Assembly: GCA_963840855.1 (NCBI GenBank)
Contig: CAWJBB010000034.1
Coordinates: 1 to 64,000, forward strand
DNA from: an uncultured delta proteobacterium
GTDB lineage: Bacteria > Desulfobacterota > Binatia > UBA9968
Direction of reading: 5' to 3'
Length of the DNA: 64,000 nucleotides
Below are positions 50,200 to 60,051 of the stretch, in pieces. The translations under genes and the position numbers were made by a program. A model generated the notes under the pieces. It did no database searches, was not told the origin of the DNA, and saw only the letters and a program-made list of their open reading frames with translations. Each line of letters begins with the position of its first letter. The first letter of the stretch is position 1.

Positions 50200-52398
50200 T
50201 CACTTCGCCAGCGGATCGGGCCGAAGCTGAAACTTGACAACTTTGGGCCGCGTCCCTTTTCCGCCCTCGATGTGATTAGTCGCTCGTCCGGCGTAGGCCG
50301 ACCATACTCCCTTGCCTTTCCAGCCGGCTTTTGGATCATCGATGCGTCCATCCATACCCTTGGCATGGAAACCCATGGGGTATGGGACGCGAAGGGTGAC
50401 GAACTTACCATCCACGAGCGCCTCCAGCGAATCGGTGAGATTACCCGTGGCAAATGGTACGTTACGGCCAAGACCGAAGGTATCATGCTGATCCACCCAG
50501 GTGTAATAGCTCGCCTGGGCGCTCCCCGAGTCGGTCACGTCTTGGAACTGAGGTCCGGGAAATGGGTGAAACGTCCATCCTTCCGGACAGTGCTTTCCCG
50601 TCGCAGTGGGGCCATTGAGAGGTCCGTTGCATTTGCGCCGGTCGAAACTCGCGAGATGGCCGCTCGCCAGAGGCACCCAAACGACACCGTTGCGATCGAT
50701 GTCCATGCCGCGGGGCCCGTACCCATTCACGGCTACTCTCGAATCGTCCCACGGTACCTCATAGAATTCCGTCAACGCCGTCGCCGGCGGATTGTCACCG
50801 AGATCGACCCGAATGACACCCCCGGGAAACCTCAACACCGACCCCCAGATGGAGCCGTCGTTGGGGTTCACGCCGATGCCATAGTAGCCGGCAATGATCC
50901 GCTTGTCCTTGCTCGGATCGACCGGTTGGTCGGGCTCGACATAGTCGTCCCGTTTGCCGTTGCCGTTGGTGTCGAGTACGAACGCCGTCCACCCCTGCGA
51001 CTTTTGCGCGTCTCCGGTCTCGTCGAACAACCTGGTATTCAGCCAGCCCAGGATACCGCTGGAAGCGCCACCGCTGCTAAGCCAAAGCGTATTGTTGGCA
51101 TCCTCGGCAAAAACCAGATGGTGCGTGCTGAAGCAAGTGTCGATGAGCGTGAATTTGTTGGTCTTGGGATCGTATAAGGCGAGATGACGGCCGGCTCTCT
51201 CCACCGGGAAGAGCTTTGCCGACGGATGGCCTGAACCCTTTTTGCAGAAGTCGGGATTTTGCGGCGGACGAATTCTCGCCGTGAGCCAAACGCGGCCCTT
51301 TTCGTCGAACATAGGATTGTGAACGCTCGTTTGACTCTTCCAGATGCGCTCCGTTCCCCAGAACGGCGACGGCGCGTACATGATGCTCCCCGATTGGGCA
51401 ATGAACATGGCGTCAGGCGTGTTCGAATCGCGCGCCGGCACCTTGACTTCCGTGGCCTTGTGACGCACCGGATCTAGGACTGGCATGAAATCCGTGCTGT
51501 CCTCGGGTGAACCATAAATCAAGCCGCTGGCGTTTACGGTGGGGTTGCGTTTATCGCTGGCAATCTCGTCGTGCAGATAAGCCTTGGGCGTCGCCCAATC
51601 CCAAAGCGTAACGACGACGTTTCGCTCCACGCCTTGCGGCCGTGACGGCTTTGCCTTGGGCAGCTCACCGGCGGCGATCCGCTCGGTCCAATCGGCGAAT
51701 AACTTCAAAGCGCGATCAGGCTCAAGATCATTGATATTGCGCAGCATGACTTCGCTCGCTTGTCCAGACAGGATGCGGCGCTGCCAGGCTTCTAAATGGT
51801 TCTCGAATTGGCCCAATTCTTTAGGAATCACCCGCGTGGCCTTGTTGCCCAATTGGTGACAAGAAATGCAGCCGAGGGTTTTGATGCCGGCCAACCATTG
51901 GCCCTGGCTTTTGAGTTTCTCCGGCATACCGTTCCCCTTGGGCCCTGTGCCGGGAAACTCGCTCCTGTCAGGAATCTTGAGCATCGAATACCAATGAATC
52001 GCCGGATAATATTGCGCCGCCGCTTGCTCGTTCGGCGCCACGATTGCTTTTAGATTGAGAATCTTGCCGGGCATCGACCGAACCTTCGGAGAATCAACAA
52101 GGCCGTAGCCGCGCACCCAGATGGCGTAGTTTGCTTTCGGCAGATCGGGGATCACGTAGCGCCCTTGATCGTCAGTCACCACGATCTTCGCGTACTTGGT
52201 GGGAAGAGAGCTGGTTTCTGCAATTACCCACACGCCGCCTTCCGGTCCGTTGGCGCTGGTAACTACACCGCCGATATCGTCGTTATCGATACGCGCCGCC
52301 GCGTTCTGTTGACCACTCGAGCGTAACGGCCACGCGGCCAAAAACCCTGCGATACCGACCGCCAACATGCCAAGGCACGACAGTCTTGCCGTCTTCAT
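50200..52398 (-). CDS. Exported protein: carboxypeptidase-regulatory-like domain + c-type heme + beta-propeller
   Basis: Signal peptide, VTDDQGRYVIPDLP, CISCH, DTNGNGKRD, propeller-like WT/WL repeats. Confidence 0.85.
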   Translation of the reverse strand: MKTARLSCLGMLAVGIAGFLAAWPLRSSGQQNAAARIDNDDIGGVVTSANGPEGGVWVIAETSSLPTKYAKIVVTDDQGRYVIPDLPKANYAIWVRGYGLVDSPKVRSMPGKILNLKAIVAPNEQAAAQYYPAIHWYSMLKIPDRSEFPGTGPKGNGMPEKLKSQGQWLAGIKTLGCISCHQLGNKATRVIPKELGQFENHLEAWQRRILSGQASEVMLRNINDLEPDRALKLFADWTERIAAGELPKAKPSRPQGVERNVVVTLWDWATPKAYLHDEIASDKRNPTVNASGLIYGSPEDSTDFMPVLDPVRHKATEVKVPARDSNTPDAMFIAQSGSIMYAPSPFWGTERIWKSQTSVHNPMFDEKGRVWLTARIRPPQNPDFCKKGSGHPSAKLFPVERAGRHLALYDPKTNKFTLIDTCFSTHHLVFAEDANNTLWLSSGGASSGILGWLNTRLFDETGDAQKSQGWTAFVLDTNGNGKRDDYVEPDQPVDPSKDKRIIAGYYGIGVNPNDGSIWGSVLRFPGGVIRVDLGDNPPATALTEFYEVPWDDSRVAVNGYGPRGMDIDRNGVVWVPLASGHLASFDRRKCNGPLNGPTATGKHCPEGWTFHPFPGPQFQDVTDSGSAQASYYTWVDQHDTFGLGRNVPFATGNLTDSLEALVDGKFVTLRVPYPMGFHAKGMDGRIDDPKAGWKGKGVWSAYAGRATNHIEGGKGTRPKVVKFQLRPDPLAK

Positions 52399-52471
52399 GT
52401 TCCGTTTCTCCCCTGTCTGAGGTTGGTCCACCTGTATCAATTGTCGCGGCATCGATCTGCGCCGCCGGAGG

Positions 52472-52647
52472 CTAGTTTGGTGACCCAGAGATTTCGCAAC
52501 AAAGAGTCAAAGCCCTCAGGTGTCATTGCCGCGAAAGCGGCAATCCAGACCTCTTTGAATTTCCTGGATTCCGGGTCGCTCTAGCTATCGCCAGCTTGCC
52601 CGGAATGACGTTTGAACTTTGTTTGCGAGCTACAGTCATAACACTAG
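52472..52647. mobile_element. 176-bp CTAG-ended MITE-like element, copy 3
   Basis: CTAG ... GTCATTGCCGCGAAAGCGGCAATCCAG .. shared core .. CACTAG. Confidence 0.75.
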
Positions 52648-52761
52648 TCTCGAAATTCTTTTTGAATCCTTTGTGCTATTATACTTAGAAGTTTCGCGGC
52701 CCGCGCAAATTTTACCAGCCGTCTTTTGCCCTTTAGTTACGGACGCCTAGGATTATTCTCC

Positions 52762-52844
52762 CGCCAAGACGCCAAGCTCGCAAAGGCCCCACCCGACCCT
52801 TCTTTTTTTCATCTGCTAACTTGGCGCCTTTGCGCCTTTGCGCG
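52762..52844. repeat. Octamer (CGCCAAG) inverted-repeat element
   Basis: CGCCAAGACGCCAAGCTCGCAAAG ... CTTGGCGCCTTTGCGCCTTTGCG. Confidence 0.7.
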
Positions 52845-52935
52845 AGATATTCCGAGTCTTTTGGTTAGAGCTCTGCCACCCTAGGCTCTTTGCGTGAAAA
52901 TTTTATCTTCTCTTTGGCGTGAATCAGCTGCGTCT

Positions 52936-53931
52936 CTAGCGCGCGGCCAACGCCGATTTGATAAAACCGCTCTGGTCCAACTCGCGCACAAACCGGCTGT
53001 CGACAAAGTCTTCCGGCTTGGCAACCTTGGCTTTGGGCGATTGGCCTTCCACGCTTTGGAGTAATCCAGCAACCCCCGATGGGTAGGGTGGAAAGTTGAA
53101 GCCGTTTTGGATGATCAAGTCATAGGTTTCTTCGAGCACTTCCCTGTCGTCGGTGCGAAAGTATTTGCCCATCGCTTTAATGGCAAACGCCCTATCCTTT
53201 TGGCCGCGCGCGGCGCCTTCGATATAGGCTCTGACGAAACGCCTCACCGTCTCCTCGTTGGTTTTGATGAATCTACGCGTGGTCACCAAGCCGTTGACGT
53301 GATAGTCCAGGTCGAGCTTGGACAAATCCAAAATCTCTTTTAGCTTAAGTCTCTTCGCTAACAGCGTCGCCGGTGGGGTAATCGCCGCCGCGTGAACTTT
53401 GCCCGCCGCCATCGCGGTCACTGTCTCTGCCGGGCCACCGGTCTGGACCATGGTGACATCGCGCTCCGGGTCGATGCCGTAGCGCCGCAGCGCGAGGCGC
53501 GAGGCGAGATCCGACTGGGTGCCGAAGCGCGTCACACCAAAAACTTTGCCCTTTAAATCTTCCATGCGGGAAATGTTCGGTTGGCTGAAGATCCACCAGC
53601 TAAAGCGCTTCGCGATGGTGGCAATAATCACCGTATCGGCGCCCGCCAGAGCGGTCTGAATCGGGCCGGCGCCACCCGCCTGGATGACGGGTAGTTCTCC
53701 CGACAACATCGCCTGAAGCGCCAACGAGCTGCCCGGTATGCTGATTACTTCGACGTTGAACCCATTTTTTTCATAGTAGCCCCCTTCCTTGGCGAACCAG
53801 AGCGCCATTTGCGTCGCCGACGCCGAACCGCCGCCGGTGCGCAATTTTTCAAGCTGTTTCTCCTGCGCCGGGGCCATCGAAATGTAACCAAATGCGACGA
53901 TGAAGGCGCATATGCAGTAACGAAATATCAT
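52936..53931 (-). CDS. ABC substrate-binding protein, NMT1/THI5-like
   Basis: Signal peptide, AKEGGYYEKNG, DLKGK..GVTRFG, DFVDSRFVRELDQSGFI. Confidence 0.85.
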   Translation of the reverse strand: MIFRYCICAFIVAFGYISMAPAQEKQLEKLRTGGGSASATQMALWFAKEGGYYEKNGFNVEVISIPGSSLALQAMLSGELPVIQAGGAGPIQTALAGADTVIIATIAKRFSWWIFSQPNISRMEDLKGKVFGVTRFGTQSDLASRLALRRYGIDPERDVTMVQTGGPAETVTAMAAGKVHAAAITPPATLLAKRLKLKEILDLSKLDLDYHVNGLVTTRRFIKTNEETVRRFVRAYIEGAARGQKDRAFAIKAMGKYFRTDDREVLEETYDLIIQNGFNFPPYPSGVAGLLQSVEGQSPKAKVAKPEDFVDSRFVRELDQSGFIKSALAAR

Positions 53932-54159
53932 GGTTCAATCCTTTCTCGCTTTGACGGACGGATCGAGAATTTTGCCCGGCATCCAAGAGTCAGCAGCTCG
54001 GCGCAAGATCGGCCGAGTATACAACAACCCACGGGGAGTTTGTCGAGGGGAAAGACGCCGTCCGTCTGAGCAAACGGCCGTGAAAATCGCAAGCCATGAA
54101 GTCTTGAGTGTCCATGAAGATTCGGAGTAAGGTTAGACCGACCAGTTCGAGAGCGGCAC

Positions 54160-54921
54160 ATGTTTCCTTATCGCGACGAGAACGAAACCCAACGCCTGGC
54201 TATCGTCACGGGGGTGATCATTGCCCTGAACATCCTTGCGTGGATCGCCATACAGGGCGCCGGCGCCACTTTGCCGCTGGCGACATCAATCTGCGAGCTC
54301 GGCCTGATCCCCGGAGAGTTGACGCTGTCGCTTCCCGTCGGGACGCGCTTCCCAATGGGCGATGGACTGGTCTGTACCACCGATCCCGGTCCCCAACCCT
54401 TGCATCTGATAACGTCGATGTTCCTGCATGGATCGTGGATGCATCTATTAGGCAACATGTGGTTTTTGTGGCTCTTCGGCAATAACGTCGAGGATTCCAT
54501 GGGTCGGTTGCGCTTCGTAGTGTTTTATCTCATCTGCGGGCTCGCCGCCGCGCTCGGGCAGGTTATTACGAGCCCAAACTCCGCGATTCCCATGGTCGGC
54601 GCGTCGGGCGCGATCAGCGGCGTCATGGGCGGCTATCTCGTTCTCTATCCCAGAGTTCGGGTTTTCACCTTGGTGACTCTCGGTTTCTTTTTCACTTCCA
54701 TTGCGCTACCCGCGTGGGTAATGCTCGGTTACTGGTTCCTCATCCAGTTTGTCAGCGGATTCGTGTCCTTCGGCGGTGACAAGGGCGGCGTCGCGTTCTG
54801 GGCGCATGTCGGCGGATTCGTCGCGGGCTTGGTGCTGGTTAAATTGTTCGCCCGCTCGGATTACGTAGCGGCGCACCGGTCGCACCACTGGCGCCCGCAG
54901 CGCGTCCTGCGCGAGTGGTGA
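54160..54921 (+). CDS. Rhomboid intramembrane serine protease
   Basis: SMFLHG..HLLGNM, GASGAISG, WAHVGGF. Confidence 0.93.
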   Translation: MFPYRDENETQRLAIVTGVIIALNILAWIAIQGAGATLPLATSICELGLIPGELTLSLPVGTRFPMGDGLVCTTDPGPQPLHLITSMFLHGSWMHLLGNMWFLWLFGNNVEDSMGRLRFVVFYLICGLAAALGQVITSPNSAIPMVGASGAISGVMGGYLVLYPRVRVFTLVTLGFFFTSIALPAWVMLGYWFLIQFVSGFVSFGGDKGGVAFWAHVGGFVAGLVLVKLFARSDYVAAHRSHHWRPQRVLREW

Positions 54922-55131
54922 TCCCTTCATATTCGGTCGAACCCACGCCGGGTTGACAGCTCGATAAGAACCGTAATAAGACTTCGACCAATTCGGCGCT
55001 GCTGCCGCCCAGCGGTTTACGCGCGGAAATTCAATTTAGCCTGAAAGGTAAATTCACGGTAAACTCAATGATTGGCCGCAGTCGCTGGATTAAATTTTTT
55101 TCAATAGCCTAAATCAAATTCGGAGGTACCT

Positions 55132-56484
55132 ATGGATGTCACCGCAAAGATCGCTGAGTTCGCCGCCCGCCTGAAATATGATCAGATTCCTGCGCCGGCG
55201 CTGGAGGTAGCAAAGAAGGCGGTGCGCGATTGTATCGGGGTCGCTCTGGCCGGAAGCAAAGAGGAAGACGCGAAAATCTGCGCCGAGATCGCGCGCCAGG
55301 AGGGCGCCAAGGAAGAGTCCACCGTCTATGGTCAACGCTTGAAGACGTCGGCCATCCATGCGGCTTTCGCCAACGGCACCGCGGCCCACGCCATGGACTT
55401 CGATCATAGCTTCACTTTGACCGGGCAACCCACCGCGCCCATCATACCCGCGGCCTTCGCCCTCGGTGAAGCGCTGGGCGCCGGCGGCCGGCAAATCCTC
55501 GAGGCGTACGTTGCCGGTTTCGAGACCACGGGAAAATTGGTTTTCTCGCTGCGCGAGGCGACTCAAGACGGTTGGCATGCGCCGGGCATTCTGGGGATTT
55601 TCGGCGCCAGCATTGCCTGCGCCAAGCTGCTGGGGCTAAATGCCCCTCAGATTCAAATGGGGTTAGGCATCGCCGCGTCCATGGCGAGCGGCGTGGTCGC
55701 GAACTTTGGCACCATGACAAAGCCGCTGCATGTGGGCCTCGCCGCCAGAAACGCCGTCACGGCGGCCAAGCTCGCGCAGTCGGGTTTCACTGCCAACGCG
55801 CAAGCCATCGATGCGGGAGTCGGCTTCTACGAAAGTTTCTATCACGGGTCGCCCGTAGATACCCGGCCCATCGAAGAGCTTGGAAAAACTTTCGCCCTGG
55901 AAACGGATGGTATCAGAATCAAGCCATATCCATGCGGCGGGCTTACTCATCCAACCATCGATGCCACCTTTGAGCTCTGCGCCAAACATGGCATCAGTGC
56001 CGACATGATCGAGTCGGTCGACGCCGCCGTTACCAAGAATACTTACAACCGCATTGTTTTTAAGGTTCCACAAAACGGCATCCAGGGAAAATTTTGCATG
56101 CCCTATCTTTTGTCGCGCGCGATCATCGATAAAAAAGTCGGCCTCGACATTTTCACCGACGAGGCCGTGCGCGATCAAAATGTTCTCAAATTGGCGGAAA
56201 GAATCGAGATGCGGCTCGATCCCAATCTGAACGCGAGCAACCCCGGCGGCCGTCCCTGCCGCGTCACCATCCGGCTGAAAAACGGCCAGACCTATTCTTG
56301 TGAGAAACAGCACGCCAAAGGAAGCCCCGACGTGCCCATGACTCAGGAGGAGCTTAGAGGGAAGTTCACCGACTGCGCGCGCTTAACTCTGGACCGGGAT
56401 ACTACCGAGCGAGCGCGCGAATACATCGAGGGCCTGGAGACGCTGAGCGATATCAGGCCGCTTTGCCAGTTACTTAGGGGCTGA
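55132..56484 (+). CDS. MmgE/PrpD family protein
   Basis: GGAGG RBS, NGTAAHAMDFD, GWH, GTMTKPLH.G, KPYPC. Confidence 0.9.
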   Translation: MDVTAKIAEFAARLKYDQIPAPALEVAKKAVRDCIGVALAGSKEEDAKICAEIARQEGAKEESTVYGQRLKTSAIHAAFANGTAAHAMDFDHSFTLTGQPTAPIIPAAFALGEALGAGGRQILEAYVAGFETTGKLVFSLREATQDGWHAPGILGIFGASIACAKLLGLNAPQIQMGLGIAASMASGVVANFGTMTKPLHVGLAARNAVTAAKLAQSGFTANAQAIDAGVGFYESFYHGSPVDTRPIEELGKTFALETDGIRIKPYPCGGLTHPTIDATFELCAKHGISADMIESVDAAVTKNTYNRIVFKVPQNGIQGKFCMPYLLSRAIIDKKVGLDIFTDEAVRDQNVLKLAERIEMRLDPNLNASNPGGRPCRVTIRLKNGQTYSCEKQHAKGSPDVPMTQEELRGKFTDCARLTLDRDTTERAREYIEGLETLSDIRPLCQLLRG

Positions 56485-56552
56485 CCTAACTTCAGCCCTC
56501 GCTGGCGATCTAAAGTAAAAAAATTTCCCCGCGGCTGACACCTTTGAATCGG

Positions 56553-58719
56553 TTATTTCGCCAGCGGGTCGGGCCGCAGCTGGAACTTGACGACCTTGGG
56601 CTTAGTGCCTTTGCCGCCTTCCATGTGGAACGGCGTGCGCGTCCCCGTGGTCGCCCACAGTCCTCTGCCCTTCCAGCCGCCTTTCGGATCGTCGATGCGG
56701 CCATCCATCCACTTGGCGTAGAAGCCAAGTGGATAGGGCACGCGGAGATTGACGAAGTTGCCGTCGACCAAGGCGAGCAGTGAATCATTCAGGTTGCCGG
56801 TGGCGATCGGAATATCCTTGCCCAAGCCGAAGGTGTCGAACTGATCGACCCAAGTATAGTAACTCGCCTCGGCGCTGCCCGGCTCTTTCAAGCTCTCAAA
56901 GTTTGGTCCGGGAAGAGTATAGAGGGTCCAGCCTTCCGGGCAGTGTTTGCCCGTAGCGTTGGGGCCGTTGAGCGGGCCTTTGCACTTGCGCCTGTCGAAA
57001 GCGGCGAGATGTCCGCTGGAGAGCGATGACCAGACCACACCGTTTCGATCAATGTCCATGCCGCGAATACCATACCCGCCTTGCTCGAGCGGGACTTCGT
57101 AAATTTCCGCTAGCGCAGTCTCTGACGGATTTGAGCCGGGATTAAGGCGCACGACGGAGCTGGGAAATCCCTGCGAAGAGCCCCAGATCGTCCCGTCCAC
57201 TGGGCTTACGGCAACGCCATAGAAGGCCGCCACGACCCGCTTGTCTTTGGTCGAATCCACCGGCTGGTTGGGCTCGACCCACTCGTCGCGTTTGCCGTTG
57301 CCGTTGGTGTCCAGGATGAGCGGGGTCCAGCCTTGCGACTTTTGCTCATCGGCGGTCTCTTCGAACATTTTCCGGTTTAGCCAGCCGACAACACCGCTCG
57401 TTGGACCGCCGGCGCTGGTCCAAAGCGTGTGATTGGCATCCTCGGCGAACACAAGATGATGGGTTGAAAAGCAGGTGCTGATCAGCGTGAATTTTTTTGA
57501 TTTTGGATCGTACATCGACAGATGCCGGTTCGCGCTGTTCATCGGAAAAACCTTGGCCGAGGGGTGATCCGATCCTTTTTTGCAAAAAGCCGGATTGTCC
57601 GGCGGCCGGATTCTCGCGGTAAACCACACGCGCGCCTTTTCATCCATCATCGGATTATGCTGGTTCGACTGGCTATCCCAGATCGGCTCCGCGCCCCAAT
57701 AAGGCGACGGGGTTAGCGCGTCCGTCCTCGCCGATGGCGTGTTCGGATCGCGCACTGGATGTTTAATTTCGAACGCTCTGTGGCGCACCGGGTCGAGCAC
57801 CGGAACCAAATCCGTGCTTAACTCGGTAGCACCGAAAATCGGCCCGTTGGCGTTGACCGTCGGGTTACGCTTATCCGTAGAAATCTCATCGTGCAGATAA
57901 GCTCTCGGGTTACTCCAATCCCACACCGTGACCACCACATTGCGCTCGACGCCCTGCGGTCGCGCGGGTTTCGCATTGGGGAGCGCGCCGGCGGCGATCC
58001 GGTCGGTCCAATCGCCATACAACTGAGCGGCCAGCTTGGGTTCGATTCTGTTCATGGCGTTGAGCATCGAGGTCATCGCTTGTCCGGAAACGATGCGCCG
58101 CTGCCAGGCGTCTGCGGGATCTTTGAAAGTGCCCAGTTCCTTGGGAATCGTACGGGTCGCCTTGTTGCCAAGCTGGTGGCAAGTATTGCAGCCGTTGGTT
58201 TTGACTACGTCCAACCACTGCTCCTGATGTCGCAGTTTTTCCGGCATGCCGTTGCCTGTTTCTCCGGTGCCTGGGAAAAGTGTCTTGTCAGGAATCTTGA
58301 GCATCGAATACCAGTAGATTGCCGGATAGTATTCCGCCGCCGCAGCTTCACTCGGCGCCACGACTGCTTTCAAATTGAGAGTCTTGCCCGGCGCGGCTTT
58401 GACTTTTGGCGAATCGACGAGCCCGTAGCCGCGCACCCAGACGGCGTAATTGGCCTTCGGCAGATCGGGAATAACGTAGCGCCCTTGATCGTCGGTGGCG
58501 ACGATCTTTGCGAACTTCGTGGGCAGATCCGTCGTCTCCGCGATCACCCAAACTCCGGCTTCCGGCCCCTTGGCGCTCCTGACCACGCCGCCGATGTCGT
58601 CCTTGTCGATGCGCACCGAGCCATTTTGCTGGCTACCCAATTCGACCGGATAAGGCGCTCAGAAGTGCCGCGACGCCGACGGCCACCATGCCTAAGTAAA
58701 CCAGTCTTGTCGTTCGCAT
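56553..58719 (-). CDS. Paralog of 50200-52398 (heme c beta-propeller protein), +1 frameshift near 58652 in the signal peptide region
   Basis: MRTTRL signal in the adjacent frame; CNTCH; colinear with the paralog. Confidence 0.8.
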
Positions 58720-58950
58720 ATCGCGCTCCTTTTCTGGGCTATGCGCCGATTCCTGACTTACCTCGAAACAGCACTGAACAAAAACCAGCCCAGACCGACT
58801 CTTGGATTCAAAGATGTGACCGGTTGGAGGACCCGTTCGAGAACTGCGCGACACTTAACCGAAAACTCAGTTTGCTGTCAAACCGCTCTGGAAGAATAAG
58901 AAACGATCAGTGAGGGGTTGGTAAAATCTGAAATTTCCAATTTCCATCCT

Positions 58951-59172
58951 GTCATTCAGAACGGAGCGTAGCGGAGTGAAGAATCTCGACCGAGATCTGG
59001 AGTTTATCCTGAGCGTTAGACTGTGTGAAAACTCCGTTCATGGTTCGACCGGGCTCACCACGAACGGATGTCGGACATTACAAATCGAGCGTTTAGCCGT
59101 TCGCCCTGAGCCTCGTCGAAGGGCTCCTAAAGGGTTTTCACACAGTCTGGCGCAGCCGAAGGACCGCGATGA
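58951..59172. repeat. GTCAT...ATGAC element interrupted by a TIR element
   Basis: GTCATTCAGAACGGAGCGTAGCGGAGTGAAGAATCTC ... CCTGAGCG|insertion|CGCAGCCGAAGG..GATGAC. Confidence 0.55.
59018..59148. mobile_element. 131-bp MITE with perfect 15-bp TIRs
   Basis: AGACTGTGTGAAAAC ... GTTTTCACACAGTCT enclosing CCGTTC..GAACGG palindromes. Confidence 0.75.
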
Positions 59173-59322
59173 CAGACACTCGCGTGACCATGCATTTGTT
59201 AACTTTATTATTTCTCGGACCCGGAGGTTAACACCATCATATCCGAACATGTCTTTTACCAGTTCCTCTACGCCAAAGTGGCAAAGGTATTCAAAGATCG
59301 GTTTTTCTGGTACAAATGGATC

Positions 59323-59559
59323 ATGAAAGTGAAACGAAAATACCCCATCGTCGTGGTCAAAGAGAAAAAGGACTACTGGGCTTACATCCCTGACATTCCT
59401 GGAATTTATGGCCGCGGGAAAAGTGCAAAGAAGGCTAAGGCAGATATTTATCAGGCACTTTCTCTTTATATCGAAGACTGTCTTGCCGATGGCGATCGGG
59501 TTCCCGTTTCTTCCGCCAGGATAGTCGACGTTGACACCTTATCGATAGCTGTCGGTTGA
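59323..59559 (+). CDS. hicB: HicB-like antitoxin (short, no DNA-binding domain)
   Basis: Y.IVV..E...YWAYIPDIPG....G.S...A...I..AL. Confidence 0.8.
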   Translation: MKVKRKYPIVVVKEKKDYWAYIPDIPGIYGRGKSAKKAKADIYQALSLYIEDCLADGDRVPVSSARIVDVDTLSIAVG

Positions 59560-59562
59560 TAG

Positions 59563-59769
59563 ATGCCTACGGCGCGTGAGGTCGTGAGGTTTCTAAAGCG
59601 CAAAGGATTCGTCGAAAAACGGCAAAAAGGGTCTCATCTTCTATTGCAGAATCCTTCGACGGGTTATCGTACTTCCGTGCCGATCCGCCCAGGTGACCTT
59701 CCCACTGGGCTATTTGTCAAAATTCTCAAAGACGCCGGCATCACGCTGGCAGAGTTCCGAGACGGTTGA
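59563..59769 (+). CDS. hicA: HicA toxin (mRNA interferase)
   Basis: L...GF...RQKGSH, VP...DL..G....IL.DAG. Confidence 0.88.
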   Translation: MPTAREVVRFLKRKGFVEKRQKGSHLLLQNPSTGYRTSVPIRPGDLPTGLFVKILKDAGITLAEFRDG

Positions 59770-59808
59770 TCCAACGCAAAACTCCGATCAACGGATAGGA
59801 GATTTGAC

Positions 59809-59946
59809 GTGACAATTAGACCAATCAAAACCCAACGCGATTATCGCAAAGCGCTTAAGGAGATTGAGAAACTTTGGGATGCTAAACAGAACACGCCTAA
59901 AGGCGATCGATTGGATGTGTTGGTCAAAAGAGCGCGCTCACGATAG
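59809..59946 (+). pseudogene. Truncated HigA-like antitoxin N-terminus (45 aa)
   Basis: AGGAG + GTG; IRPIKTQRDYRKALKEIEKLWDAK..TPKGDRLDVLV then stop; not in the ORF track. Confidence 0.7.
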
Positions 59947-60051
59947 ATAAAATGCGAGGAGTCATAACTATTTTCGGGCTTCAAAAAAAGACCTGAACCT
60001 CAAAATCCTCAATACCTCCACTCGGCAACGAAGCCAGCGTGAATCTGACAG

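Noticed and set aside
54950-55130. Riboswitch in the MmgE/PrpD leader (CCTGAAAGG hairpin)
   Set aside because: Does not match any riboswitch consensus I can recognise; an Rfam scan would be needed
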